Assembly: GCA_048772705.1 (NCBI GenBank)
Contig: JBLWGC010000194.1
Span: forward strand, 62,001-126,000
Length of the DNA: 64,000 bases
Direction of reading: 5' to 3'
Origin: Leidyana gryllorum EB-2025a
Taxonomy: Eukaryota; Protista; Apicomplexa
Shown: positions 44,689 through 58,753 of the stretch, one piece after another
Layout of the letters: every line of letters begins with the position of its first letter
Numbering within the stretch: position 1 is the stretch's first letter
The notes under the pieces: generated by a model
Told to the model about the DNA's origin: nothing
Database searches by the model: none
Seen by the model: only the letters and a program-made list of their open reading frames with translations
Program-made: the position numbers and the translations under genes

Positions 44689-46208
44689 TCACGGCTGAGC
44701 TTCAACCGTACATTGGAAAGAACGCAACGTCTCGGGTGTATAGCGACGATACTCTGCAACAGCGCGTGACTGTGTCTCAGTGTGAATTCCTCCCTCCTCA
44801 CCACGAGTACCGTAGCCCACATTGCAGAGCTTAGCTGATTCAACTAATGCGGGGAACTCGGCTGGATCGACTTCCTGAAAGACATCAAATTCTCAGTCGC
44901 AGTAAGCAATCGGGGCTGTCACACTCACCTTGTTCTGGAACCCCTGACCCAAGATAATGGGGGGCTGCTGTTGTCCATTCCACTCGCCCCGCATCGGTCG
45001 TCTGTTTCCTCCGCGAGCATTGCGAGGACGCCCTCGGCCACGGGCCCCCTCAACAGAACCCCGAGCATCCGACCAATTGCGTGTGTTGTTTGGATATCGT
45101 CGTTGACCGCGTGGCATAAAGGAGCGGCCTCCTCTACCCGAAGCCTTCCTCTGCCTCTCCATGCCCGCCATGTTGTTCATCATGTTTGGTACAAAAGCAC
45201 CTTCAACGTTATATGAGTGATTCGGACGAGTCATGAAAGACTGGAAGGCGCTTTCGGACTTCATTCCCACCTTCAGGCTTGCTCCCTGCAAACACAACCG
45301 ATTAGATACGATCAGCTCACATGAGTGGCCACAGACAACCAGCAGGTAGAGACACCGAGACACGGAAACGCACACCCGCACACCCGGTGTTATCACGCAA
45401 GAGACGTGTAGTGCAGCGCGTACCTTATACTCCTGGGTGCGCAGCCAGAGAGCGGTCTCAGTGGCCTCTTGAGCACTGGGGAGAGTGACGAACCAGGTGT
45501 GGGTTGGACCAACGACCTCTTCTCTCACTTCCAAGATGGCTGATTCGCCGGCCTCTGCTAGACATGGCGCAGAGGCGACGAATGCCTTGAGTTCCGCGGC
45601 CTCGGCTTCGAGGTCACGCAGAATAATTGTACTGCGAGGCGCTTTCATCACAGGATAAAGAATCCCTGCCTGCTCGTCAACACGCAGTAAATGAGCTCCC
45701 ACAGCCTTGGCAGACTCGATCAAAACTTCTTTATTGACCGGTAGCGCGGCAATCGCAGGGTGTCTGAGTAGCGCCTCCACATTGAGGCTGACCTCCTGGG
45801 GAGCGCAATTCGCTACTCCGCCTTCGCCAGCCGCGCTCGGCCAGAGGGCGCCCGTCAGCAGCAAGGCGATGGAAGGATCAACAGAGATATTTTGACGAGA
45901 GAGGAGCTTGCGGAGCTGCGAAAGGAGAAAACGGTGTCAGTGGTACGGACAGTCAGAGGGCGCGGGTTTTTGATCCCGCGGCTGGTGATGGTACTTACCC
46001 GTGAGGTGAGTTCGGTCCTGAGCTCTTCGGGGGAAAGGTCCAAGCCCTCAGAAGGCTCGGGCTGCAACGCACCAAAGTGTATGGGAAAGGAAGACGGAGT
46101 GGCGGGGGAGGCCGGCACGGCCGTGACGGCGGCCGATGGGGAATCGGTCGCCTTGCTGGGAGACTCTATGCTGGGCGTTTCGCCCTCCCGGACCATAGGT
46201 GTGGCCAT
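44689..46208 (-). CDS. La-related RNA-binding protein (LARP4-like: La motif + RRM, RG-rich tail)
   Basis: TSR|LRKLLSRQNISVDP (La motif), RSTIILRDL...TWFVTLPSAQEATETALWLR...|GASLKVGMKSE (LARP4-type RRM), RGRGR region, EFPAL. Introns 45916-45998, 45286-45423, 44875-44928. Stop at 44689. Confidence 0.7.
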
Positions 46209-46732
46209 TCGAAGCTGAGACGCGAGGCGCCTTCCGGAAAATTTTTATCGTCAAGACACCACAGATGCTGAATTGATCGTATGTTGCTGGCTGTCCACCA
46301 GTCTCAATCTGGGGTTCGCTGGCTTCTGGGAGGACCCTTGTTGATTCGCCTGGTAAGGACGTCTTGCGGTCCAGCCGCGACCAGATCACGCGGTAGCAAG
46401 GCTCGATGTGAGACGCCACTACGACCAAATATTTCTTCCCAAACAATCCGCTGGTCATTCGTTACAGACGACGCGGGTGAGAAGTGCGTGGGTCTTCTTC
46501 GTGTGTGATAGGCTGGCTATAGTTGCTGACTCCCCACCGACGTTGTCCATCATTGTTCAAGGGAAGGTTTTCACACGGATTTGGAATGAGTGAGCACTGG
46601 GGCACCGTTACAGCGTTATGAAAGAGATTGGGTGGTTAGGCAGGTATTCGGTGATGCAATCGGCGTTCTCCGCCACCTCATTGTCCCTTTCTGCAAAGCC
46701 CGTCCCTCAATTCTCGAAACCACAGTAATCCA

Positions 46733-48469
46733 TATGTGTGGTGAGCAGATGTTCGAACTGTGTATGCGTACCGCTGCAAATATAGCAATCAAGCCCCTAC
46801 ATCGTTGCTTCTACAAGTGGTTGGCCCGGCAACTGGCTTTACTACGTGAGATCCAACATGAGAAAACGCAAATTTCTGCTTAGCTGGAATACCTTGTTTG
46901 TTGTACTCAAATGTACTCCGATTCGTAGTCTGGTTCGGCGTGGATTTCAAGCCTATTGCTTCTTCCTTTGGTGCGATGTTGGTCGAGGAGGGGGCTCAAC
47001 ACGTCTTGAGTATGCCCCAAACAGAAGTTTGGGATAAGTGGGCGGCGGGGTGGATCAGACGGGCGCCGATGTCTCTCAAGGTGAGTCAAAACCCTACAAT
47101 ATCTACGTGATTCGTCCGTATGCGACGACTTTGAACACATGGAAGTATCCATATTTTGTCTTATGCTGTCGAACATAGTGTTTGACCCGAGTGTTCTCTG
47201 TCCTAGCGAGGGTGTGTGTCCCACTTCTGACATTTCCGGTTGTGGTTCCGCAGGCTATGGAGTTCATAAGCTCCTTTGGACGTTTTTGGCCGGAGAATGC
47301 AACCATACTGAACACGAAACTTGTCAAGCCCAAATCGGCCGAGCTGCTGCTGGCCACGGTCTCAGATGATCTTTCTGAAGGCTTTTCACCTTTAGGGGGA
47401 CATGATCGCGCCTGGGTGTACTCCCCCCGATGCGTCGGTACCCGATTGCTCGTCAAGAAAACCGTATTGTGTGAGGGAGCTTTCTACACCTACCTGATGT
47501 ACCGAGCCTGCGCTTTACTGAACGCGGGGTCGGAGAGTGTGAAAGACTTCCCGTCGGAACTCAAGGATATGGTGCTCAAGGCAAATACCCCTGAAGACTG
47601 GTTCAATGTCATCGGATCACTAAAAGAAGAGCAGGCCAACTTGATGACCTTGCTCAGTTTTATACCGCCTGTATATAGTGTGGAAGTTGCCCCAGATCGA
47701 TCTTGTTGTTTCGTGGAGATGGATAATCTGCTACATTCCTCCCCGCGAGGAGACTTTCACGGGCCCATATACTGTGCTATGGACATCAAGATTGGTACAC
47801 AGTTATGGGGGCTGGATGCAGATGACGACAAGAGAGAGAGGATGATAAAAAAAGCAGCGGTAAGACGGATGGACTGACAGACGACAGATTCTCCACAGAG
47901 CACAACAGGGGGACATACTGGGCTCCTTCTGATAGGCTATCGTTGTCTCTCGGCTCCTCATGGAGACGTTGTCGCCAATGTTACTCGGAAACACACACGA
48001 TCTATTGTATCAGAACAAGCGCTCAAAGACCGTAAGTTGAAGGAGTTTTGTCGTTTCCTCACTGTAAATGCGTTGGGCTTCGCAGACTTGGAATGTTTCT
48101 TTTCGTTAGCTTCTGTCGAGATGCTCAAACGTATTAGAATGCGACTTCAGCGGCTGTTGAATTGGTTTCGTCGGCAGCGGTGGGCTCACTTTCACAGTTC
48201 ATCCTTACTGATAGTATATGATGCGACTGGGTATCACGGTGAAGATTCTTTGCGGATACGGTAAGGCGGATCGCGTGTAAGAAAGGTCACAACATTTCAC
48301 ACAGTTTGATCGACTTTGCTCATGCTTCTTTATATCATACTGAAGTTGATGAGAGTGAGTTCAAACATTGGGTCAAAGTAGTAGACAGCTCTCGATTCCC
48401 TCAGGTTTCATCAAGGGGTTGAGCACGTTGCTGAAGTATCTGGAGGAGCTAAGCCAAAAAAGAGAGTAG
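46733..48469 (+). CDS. Inositol polyphosphate kinase (IPK/IPMK/IP6K family), multi-exon
   Basis: PIYCAMDIKIG (resembles the PxxxDxKxG motif), SSSLLIVYD, IDFAH, GFIKGLSTLLKYL; stop at 48467-48469. The 5' exons (46733-47080) and start are uncertain. Confidence 0.85.
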
Positions 48470-48491
48470 TCAATATATAAAGTGGAACGCC

Positions 48492-50346
48492 ATGCTGGTG
48501 CGTCTGGAGGACTTACATGATTGTCTCAAACTGATATATGACAATTTGAATAACAGACCAGTTGTGGCTCTGCAACAAAGTGACGTTCTCGCTCTTGTCG
48601 CACCCTCATGTTTCGGGGAGTTCTTCTCCACCATCCACAAGGAGATTGACCTCCTCTCGGGCAAGCCATCTGTAAGGCTTGAATCAGAGCATTTCGGTTG
48701 GTCAGCTCTCACTTTCAGAAGTCCTACACTTCCCCAAGCGATGCACTGTCGAGAATTAACGAGATGCAATATGACTTCTGGCCCCACAGTAAACCAGAAT
48801 CCCTCGACAGCTTCAATAAGATCCCTATTGAGACTCGGGGACAGCTCATATGTAAGTCGAGTCGCTCTCAAATCTACAGGAGACGTCAACTTTAGATGAC
48901 TCCCTCATCGACTTGTTGGCCGTGCGACTAGAAACCAAACAGTCGGGGCGGCGCAGTGCTTGGGTTGTACCTGAAAGCGAAGCACTGGAGGTAGGTCACC
49001 TGTGCAGCAGTCTCGCAACCGCAACCTTTGCAGTCTGAACGTTGGGCCTGTGTCCAACGGAAGGTGGCGTCTCTGGCCAAGGCACTGGGGGTCTCACAGG
49101 CCCCTCCTCGGATTACGTCGGTTGCCAAGTTGGAGGAGTTCCTCATCCAACTCATGCCCAAGGTGAGCGTTTTAAAGCCCGCCCGGTGCTCGATTCGCAC
49201 ACGCTAACAGATGGAGGAAGCCTGGCCGAAAGTCAAGCCGAAGAGCGGGAAAGGCTTCCCTCACCTGCTGATAGGGAAATGGAACAAGAACGATGCTGAA
49301 GCCCGGGAATGGATTGCATTGGTTGATCGACTGGACGCAGAGTATGTATCGCGTAAAAATGTGATGCTGACGCGATTGAATGTCACTACGCAAGCGTTCA
49401 TGTGGTCCGACAGAGCTCGAGTAAGTTTCGGTGCGCGCACATAAGCTTATGGACGATCGTCACAGGGACACTTTGACGACTTTTGTGGCGACCTGGCAGG
49501 CGTGCTGGCATGGAGCGAGGGGATCAACAGACGGAGAGGTGTCACTTGCTACGAAGTGCTATCAGCAGATAAGTATGTCGCACACTTCTCAAGTTTGCTC
49601 CTCCCATTCAATTCTAATCCTCGCAGGCGACTTTTGGCACCAAAGAAGATATCGGAACTGTACATTCCGTCTCCGTTGAAGAAAATTCAAGTGGGCGAGG
49701 TTCCCAATCGCGGAGGTGTCCCCGAAGGTTTCGCTGTTCAAGATGTCACCAAAGATGTTCACAAGGCGAATGTGGCACTGCAGCAGAAGGATCAACCGCG
49801 ACGACCCCCTCCCAATGCAGCCCCGGCTCCCGCTGCGGCCAGTGGCGGGTAAGGCACCCTATCTTTGATCAAAATTGTTCCAGACGCCCGGCCCCCGGGG
49901 GCTCTACACAATGGATCGGAAGCAGTGCTGCTGCAGCAGAGCCGAAACGTGCCAACACTTGGAAGAGGAGTGGACCAGCAGCCGCTGCTGCGTCTCAGAC
50001 CGCACGGACCAACGGAGGGGTGTACACAGGCGCTCAGGGAAGCTACTCTGGGAACGGTCGAAGACGGTTCCCGGCAGGGGCTTTCGATCCCACATTGGAC
50101 CAATGTCAAACCTCCCCAACGGGCGGGCAGCGAAACGCGGCCGCTTCGCCGACGGGAAGCGGGGGTCGCACAGTTTTTGTGGACCATTCTGTGCCATCGC
50201 CTCGTCAGCAGGGTGAGTGACACATTTCGTCGATGAACTGTTGAGCAACGGGTATCTTTGCTTTGATAGGAGGCGGTAACTGGGGAGGCCGGCCCCAAGA
50301 CGCTAATCCGTACTCAAATTGGAATCCTCGCCAAGTATACCATTAG
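48492..50346 (+). CDS. FAM98: FAM98-family protein (RTCB tRNA-ligase complex subunit), multi-exon, Gly/Arg-containing tail
   Basis: EYVSRKNVMLTRLNVTTQAFMWSDRAR (~EYxxRRxMLxKRLDVTVQSFxWSDRAK) and LKKIQVGEVPNRGGVP (~NKVLxGxVPDRGGRP); the last exon GGNWGGRP ends with TAG at 50346. Confidence 0.8.
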
Positions 50347-50426
50347 AGAGTGCTTTTTGGTGCACCTATAAATCCTGACAGTGAATATTTTGTATATAAA
50401 CAGAGATCGATCAATCCGTAATTACA

Positions 50427-51157
50427 ATGCCCGTCAGCAACATTGTTTGCCCATCCGATGAGAAAGAGGTGTCCCCCCAAGGGCAGTTGAAGAGCTCTCC
50501 CACTTTATTTGAACTGAGACCGACGATTCCATCCCATACTCTGACTCTCAGTGATGCCACTGAGATTATTGTGAGTCCGATGGAGCCGGCGGACTACCCG
50601 GCTGTGAGGGCTCTGATGCCGAGTAAGTGTTACGAGTCTGAGTGGTGAATGATTCACATTCATTCTCGGCAGAGGTGTCGCGATGTTCGGAAGTATTCGA
50701 CAACGATGCGGTGTTCCAAATGCTCAACTTACCAACATTGTGAGTGGGAGGAGAAGTGTTTCTGACTGTTTGAGTTGCATTGATTATCAGTTTCCCCTTT
50801 GTGGGTAAATTGAACGATGGGACGGTCGTTTGCTACGCCGAGCTGCATCGATTGGCTCACTTAGGACGAGGGTTCGATGGTCGACTTGAGAAGGTGTTGG
50901 TTGTGGAAGAAATGAGGGGCAAGAAGGTGGCTCAAATCTTCTGTGAATATCTGATCAATTTGGTGAGCCCCATTTTTGTTGACGACGGCGGCAAGGAGAC
51001 TATCTATGACTGACTTTTTCATATCAATCTTCAGGCTCGGACCAAATATCAGTGCGGACGCCTGGACCTGACGGTGGAGAAGCCGGACGCGAAGAAAGTG
51101 TACGGTAATCTTGGATTCAATCATGTCGATACGGAGGTCTGGAGACTTATGCTATAA
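50427..51157 (+). CDS. GNA1: Glucosamine-6-phosphate N-acetyltransferase, Apicomplexa-type GNAT, 4 exons
   Basis: YAELHRLAHLGRGFDGRLEKVLVVEEMRGK...CGRLDLTVEKPDAKKVYGNLGF; introns ~50623-50672, 50740-50790, 50962-51034. Confidence 0.75.
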
Positions 51158-51258
51158 GTGGGACAGAGTGTCTACACATTCACACTCCAGGAACAGGTCG
51201 AAGCATTTGAACCTCCACAGCTTGGTGCCTTTTTGCGAATTCGTGGTTACACTCCACT

Positions 51259-54200
51259 TCAACTCGGAATGAAAGCTAATGAGTGCAGATGCTCTATAGT
51301 TGTCCGGGTGGTGTCCAGCACCGCCGTGATAGGGTTCTCTGGCTCGTTTTGAAAGCTGGTGTTATGCATAGCCTCGAGAACACCGAAGAGCGCCCTCTGG
51401 AGTCCCATCCGCTGGTCAGCACTGACAGCATTTGCCATCTCTTGGCTCAGTGCGTAGGACACTCCCCCAGCGACTGCAGTCAGATATCCTGCCAAAGTGT
51501 CAATCATCACTGTCATGGCAAAGCACGCGCTCAAGACCACCTGATGAGAGGAAAGCGATGATAGACAGACAAAGTCAGTGAATAATGAGCTGTCCGTACC
51601 TCTTGCCACTTCTCTTTGAAAGGGTCATCTCGATGGGAAGGTCGACACTTCAGTAAGGTGGCGAGATGTTCAGCATTTATAAGGATGCTGGCTATGAGGT
51701 CAGGAATGCGTTGATTGCGACAGTTTCTCACAAAGCCATCCCGTGTGACAGTGATACTCATTTTCTAGCTTTTTTTGTTTCTTAGATAGAAGGTATGTGA
51801 GTCAACAATTGCGGCTCCAATTCTGCAACAATCCCTTTTGTGTCACTCACTTTTGTTGTACACTTACTCAGACATCTCAGGATAATTATCGTCAGTTGTT
51901 GCCGCGATAATTCAGTATCATCCAAACAATCGTTCCGAACATCCAGCCCAGAATCCAACCACTGTGTCGGGACGGCAATATTGAAGTCGGGGCCGTGAGC
52001 AGCCATCGCGCGATACTGTTCATTGCGAACGGACGTCACGAGCTTCAGCAGAGCGGAGAGTCTATCAAAGATCTCAGACCCCTGCACCCGAGGACGGTGC
52101 ACAATCCGATCCGCTTGATAGTCTTCAGGCCCAAGCAACACGGACAACAGTTTATGTACCACCAAAACGTACCAGCCAGCAGCGTCAAGAAGTGTACGCA
52201 GAGCTGCTGTCTCAGCTTTAGATGGACCACTCGGAGACATTGACACCGTTTTTGCTGCCACCTTGGTCTTGAGCAGGGATGGCTGCCCCTTTCGAATCTT
52301 GGGCAGCTCACTCTCCTCATGAGCGATGGCCTCTTCCAATGCCTCTTCCACTGCTTTCCACTGAGACGCTTCCCGCAAGGCATCCCCGCCGACCACCATC
52401 ACCGGTTCATTCTCGGCGCGCTTGTCCTCGGGTCTCATAGCTCGCTCCTGTTTGCTTCCTTGACCATTGTTGAAGTGTGCCAATGTCTCCTGAAGGAGTC
52501 TCCATGCGGAGATCTCCAAAACCCACAGCCATTCGGACTGACACGTCGCATATACGAGCTGCTTGTGGAAGGAGCTCATAGGGGCGTCTTCAAGCACTGT
52601 CTGGAAGTCCAGCTTGACGGGAAGAGGGCCATCGTGGAGAGTGATATATAAAGACCGGAACACAACTTGAACGGACCGCAGTTTATCCTCAGCAACCAGT
52701 ATAACAGAAGCATTGGGCTTCATCTCAACTGGTGACGAGAACTCGCTCCACACGAACTGATGCTCAATAGTTTGGCGGCCAACAATCCAGCCGTCAATTC
52801 CGCAGCATCGGAGAAGCAGCATGTGGCATCGGAACGCCAACAGTTTGGCTTTGAGCAGATCGGCGGGTCTGATCCTTTCAGTGAGCTCCAATACCCTTAC
52901 GACCGTCCGCAAATTGGTGGTGAGACTCGTTCTCAAAAGATGAATCTCATCATCTTTGAGCAGGAATTGGGTACTCAACACACCATTCACCAGAGACAAC
53001 GCACACATGAGACGACTCCGTCTCAAATTGCCCCAGCGACCAAACACTGTTCCATCCGTTGACTGGAGATCTTTCAATATATTCTCCGCCCACGTGAACA
53101 ATTTCACCGCTGTGGCCGGGGCCCGCTTCCCTTCAAGTGCCTGCAACATTTGGGTCTGAGAGAAACAATGAGAGCGTTAGTGAAATTGAGGCGGTGAACA
53201 AACTGACCTGTAATGGCGAGTTGAAGGCCGGAAGGTCCCAAATCGCCACGTCCAGAGCCTCTGTGGTCGAGTCCCACGCTTTGAGGCTTCGCTTCACCAG
53301 ATACCGGTCGTACTCTGTCGCGGTATACATCAAACAATCGAGAGTCGCCGACAGTCTCTCAGCATGGCGCAGTGACGAGGCAGCGGCACCAGCGCTGGTG
53401 AAGTCCGAATTGCACATCAAGAAGTCGCTGCTGTGACGAGCCAGACGTCCAGCGTCGCATGCCAAGGCACATATGGCCACGACATGAGTCCGTGACAGAG
53501 GCAGCTCGCCATTCTCCTCGTCTTCCGAGTCGTTCTTTAACACACTCATACTCCGTTGCAGCATCAGCTGGATCAGGTCACACCATAAGAGTGCCCATCC
53601 AATTGCCAAATTTGCCCTGAGCAGTCCTTCGCGAGTGACTGGAACGTCTTGACCTAAAATCTCCCGCATCTTAACATCTATTGGGGCCACAAACTCGTCG
53701 CAGAACTTTCCCAGCTGAGTCATCGGGTCCTACAGGCGGCAAAGAGAGGTGTGCGACGGGGAAATGAGAAAAGAGGTTCGCTCACCTGGATGAGCGATTG
53801 GCGTATAGACTCGAGCACAATTTTGGCAGCGGCTATGTACAAAGCAAAAGCCGACTCTTGAAAGTCGTAGATAATGTCTGGAGCTCTTGTGGCTGCCGTC
53901 AAGGACATTGTTTCCAGACATCGTTCGACAGCTACCAGAAACTTTGGTAAGCCACCAGGCGCTGGTGTAGCGAAACTTCTGGCCAGTTTGATAGCGGTGG
54001 CTTGAGATGCTTTCACACGGGCGTCCGCGAATAGAGCCCATCTCTTCGTTCGATCCTTTTTGGATGCCAAGCACAAACCACACTCGAAGTCATCGTTCAG
54101 ATCCACGAGTTTGGCGGAGAATTCCGCTTGCAGCAGTTGGCATTGAGATGCGTACCAGTCGAGCAAACACCTGTGCACAGCGTCCGAGTCGGCAGGACTC

Positions 54201-57200
54201 AGCTCCATCGTGATGACTTCACTGATGTCCGTGTTTCTCCTGGGAGCAATGGCAACGAGAATGGGCCGAATAGCCGGCCGCTTGTAGAGGGCTGCCAGAC
54301 ACTCGGCGGCGTAAATGCTCTCCTCGATGATTGGTGTGAGATAGGCGGCAAACTCGGCGTCGCCAGAGGGTCCGCTGGCCAGCCCAATGGGGATTGACAG
54401 CGCATTAGCGGCAGCCAAGGCCGCTGAGTTTTTAACTTTGGCCAATGACTCTGTGCGCAATTCCAGTACTTTGATACTTGCCAACCCAAAGAGCGTTCTA
54501 AGGACTCTTATGCACGGTGGCGCATCGTCCCAATTGTTCTCAACAGCTGAGAAGGATCTGCCAGCCGCCACATGCGAGACGTCCCTCAGTATTATACTCT
54601 GGCGATTGGTCACCATCCCTAACAGCACTTCACCGGGTGATATCTCCTGAACCTTTGGGGGATACAGTTGTGCCCGCAGTGCCCGCGGCTGGAGCGAGTT
54701 GGCCAAAAAGTCAAGGATCTGGCGACGAGGGGCACGCCGGTTGGGATCATCTCTCGCTACACACGGGGGCTTGTCTGTCAAGGCCGGCGTATGACGGGTC
54801 ACATGGGGACATTTCTGAAATTAAAAGAAAGAGTGATCTCCACAGAGTCTTTCTAAGAAAGACTTACCAAACGACTGGCTTCTTCCTGCCAGACATAGGA
54901 GGCTGAAACGGTAGTTGATGGGGGCATAGTCTTGGGTGGGACATCAAAGTGGGTAACCACTGTCTCTTCGAAAGCCCCGTGTAGAGAAATCGGAGTGAGA
55001 GCATTCAGCTGGAAGAGACGCCATAGTGCCGGTCCCTGAGTTTTCGGGGGGCGCCGAGCGGCTGATTCTTCCCACCTGCTGCGTGTGCTCGGGTCCAGAA
55101 CATCACAAGGCATCGACACCTTTGGCAACCAGCCACTGCTGCGCAACATATCCGGATCTTCGACCACTTGTGCCGCCTCGTCAGAGAGCCATTTGGCGAA
55201 TAGCCGCTGCACTGACTCACAGACGTCCTGGTGATCCTGTAGAGCGCGAGACACGTCATCTCCACACTTGGCCGAAACCACACAAAAGATGGGTAGTAAT
55301 GCAGTTCGGGCTAACGCCGTCTCGGTGTGGGCGGCCATCTGATCGACCAACAGAACGATCAGCGGATCGACGTCGTCGGGCTCCACACTCCAGGTGAAAT
55401 CATCACCTCTCCGACACAACGCCACCGAGACGCCTCTGGCTGTCACCGCTGGCAGTCCCGGCAGCACGTCCACATAGATGCGGTCGACCGACGACCCCAC
55501 TCGAGATCTGTCTCGGTCCCTCCGTTCCCTCGGGAGCTCTGCCCACATTTGTGCAAAGACATCTTCGCGGAACAACAGGTGATACAAAGTACAGACAGCG
55601 GATTCGAAAGTTGACTTGATCACTCGGGTCTCCCAACTCTCCATACGAACGTCACCTCTGAGCAGCCGGCAGGCTCTCCTGAGGGAGACATAGAGAACTT
55701 GGAACCACGGCGATGTATCCGACAACAAATGAGACGCGAGATAGACTTGAGCCTCTTTCCAATTGGGTATCTCGTTCACGTCGGCAGTCAGTACCGTCGT
55801 GGCAAAATCACAGAGGAGAGACGCGAGCCTCCAGCAGGAGAGACTGTATAATTGTGGTGTACACAGCCAAATCAGCACTTCTCCTTCGATGAATCGGAAA
55901 AGCTGTTGCCAGCCGGGGATCATAGCTGAAGGAGCCCTCGGGAAGGGCGCTCGGACGCTCATTAACTCAAAAAGGGCGTGCGACTGCTCCGCAGCCAACA
56001 CGAGGCGACGGAAGCAGTGCAGTGTTGCACACAGGTAATCGGATCTGAGAGTGCGTGCAGACACTGCGCCCAAAGCCTGAGTGTGCTCAGATATGATGTA
56101 TACATCCAGACGTAGGTGAGCCAATCTTTGGAGGAACTGACGGACCACTGCGTCCCCACAACCGTCGGTCATAAATGTTGCCATCACAGACAATGCGGCC
56201 ACCTTTAAGCCGCTCAAACCCCGAACCCAACGTGCTCGCGTCTCAGTGTCTGCGTCAGACAGTCCACATTCTATGCCGAGCTTTTGTGAAAGCGCAGAGG
56301 AATCGGTGCCGAGGATGTTAAGAGCCATTGTACGAGTCTCGTTATTCGAGACCCAACACTCGTCGCCCACTTCGGCGGCCGGTGTCGTTGGGTCTGACAG
56401 CGGAGACACCAGGGCCGCCGCTGCCAGACACCGGAGGTATCCATCCCAGACAGAGACGGCGTAGGACGGATCTGCCCGACCGTTCATACTGAGGGCTTTC
56501 GCCAAATCACCCACCCCGGCGTCAGCGAATACCACCGAGCGACTGATGTGTTCATGGGGCAACTGGCTCAAGGGGCCTTCAACGTTTAGAAAGCGACTGG
56601 CCAATGTCAGCAACTCCTCTTCGCCCAGGAAGTACATAGTGGACGCTGTGAGATGGGCGATCGCAGCACAGGACGTCAGTCTCCTGATGCTGTTCTCCGC
56701 GGCGGGAAATTGGCTTGCGTTTGTGGGAACAGTTGGCATAAGGAGCTGTTGGGTAAGCGGAGCCACTCTCGAGAGGATTGAATGTGTGGTGGGGGCGGGA
56801 CCGGGCGGCGGCACTGCTCCTTCCTTGTAGGGCCATTGGCCCATCAAGAGAAGGATCAAATCCATCATGACCGGAGCGAGAGACGGCAGTCGACGTATGA
56901 GGGCATCGAACATCATCAGGGCTGGGGCCAGCACGGGACGTCGAACAGACTCGCCAGAGTATACCATCGCCTTCACCAAGCGCGCGTTGGCTTTGAGTCG
57001 TTCTTCGTCGGCTGTTCCATCAGACTCCAGGGCGGTGAGTCCTCGCAAAGCTCCGGTTGCACCAATATAGAAAGGACGGAAAGACCGAGCGTAGACTTGG
57101 AGAATGAGATTGTCGAGCGGTTCGAGAGGATCGCCGCGTTGCAAAAAGGTCTCCATTAAAAGGGGTAAGACATCCCACTTGCTGAGTCCGCAGGTGAAGA

Positions 57201-58608
57201 CGTCGTCGGCCACTCCGGACGGCTGGTCACTGTCACTTCGGATACCCACAGCGACCCATTGGACCAGCCGAGCCCATTGGTTCTCACTGCTGAGAGATTT
57301 AACAATCTCACTCGCCTGCAGATGCGGGGGAGCAGTGGCGAGTACACATGGGCGGTTGAGAATTGGCAGATCCATATTGATATCAACACGCAGGCGCGCC
57401 AGTTCGTTATCCATGGTGGCAACGAGTATATGGGCAACGAAGGGGGTGAGCTCGAAGAGAGGAACAGTGTAGGTTTGCTCGAAGAGATTCTGCTCGACGA
57501 ACAAATCAAACTCGTTGACATTAATTCCCTTCTCTGCGCCGCGTACGCTTTTGGTATCCCAGCTTCTGTGCGCGACGATGTTCGGGCACAGTAAGGCCAA
57601 ATATACAAAGTCAGTGATGTCTTCGGGGAGGTGGCAAGTGCTGCAGCTGGCGAGCAGTATAGTAACGAGGTCTTTGACTCGTCGAAGGCAGGCCTCATGT
57701 GACAGCTTGAAGAAGGGGGCCAGATCCGATAACAAGAGCGGGCAATAGGAGGGGACGCCCGTTAAGGCAATACCGACTCGTTGCAGGTTACTAGTGTACA
57801 GTGCTAATCGTTGTTGCAGAATCTCTCGGTACCTCATATGCTCGCGGATCTCTTCCATGGCCAACATGAGTTCGGCGCATGTTTTTCGAATGAGATCCTT
57901 TTGGACCCACCGCACTGTGAGCGCTCGAACTTCGCGGATCTTCCTTTCCTGATCCACTTCTTCAATCAATGAGGACCGATATACACTCGTGGCTGCCTCG
58001 ACCGAAATATCGATCAAACAACGGAGTTGATACTTTCTGTTGCGATGGAAAGTCTTGACACATTCTGTCAAAACCTCGAAAGGCCATGTGGCTTCCATAA
58101 AACTTGATCCCGGCTGTGGTTGTTGTTGCGAAGGGTTCATTAACTTCTCGAGGACGTGGACCACCGCCTTTCGCAAACTTGGGAGACTCTGCTGGCGTTG
58201 AGACACGTCGATCAGCAGATGGCAGGCTGCAACTTGGTCTATGCTCAAAACCAAGGAGAGCATATCAACCCACAACGAGAAGCAGTGAGTTGGTAATTGT
58301 GGTGTCCATCCGGCATCCGCCTCCGAGTGCTCTCCGATGAAGGCTTTGACAAACTCGGGTGCATATTTCTGTGCTTCTTCCAGGATAGTGGGGCATGGAA
58401 CGCCCGTGTATTGAGGGCTTACACCTGCTCCCTGAGACACTATGGATAACAGCTGGTCTTCCACCTTCAAGATTCGGGCCGCGGGTTCACTCCATTCGCT
58501 CTCAGATGCGTCCCAGGCCTGCTCCAACAGCGCCTTTACGTCGGCCGTGTAGACCTTGAACGCATCCATCGAAAAAAGCAAGACACCTTTTTGCACACCC
58601 CCACTCAT
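51259..58608 (-). CDS. Very large (~2,300 aa) alpha-solenoid protein, probably Nup205/Nup188-family scaffold nucleoporin (6 exons)
   Basis: The 1251-, 360-, 196-, 455-, 76- and 116-aa ORFs are joined in frame by GT-AG introns (54815-54867, 53730-53785, 53156-53207, ~51765-51850, 51541-51599). The protein is Leu-rich and helical. The segment DYLCATLHCFRRLV...GWQQLFRFIEGEVL...YSLSCWRLASLL resembles Nup205/Nup192. The gene itself is well supported; the family call is moderate. Confidence 0.55.
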
Positions 58609-58753
58609 ACATCATCACACATCCACCACTCCCCACGATCTGGGTACAATCCTCACTGACTTGTTGATGAACTTATAACGAGTCATGGCTGATAAGTCGT
58701 GTTTTTCACATATTAGAAGGTACTTTGTTAGCACAGGTGTCATGTACAAACGC

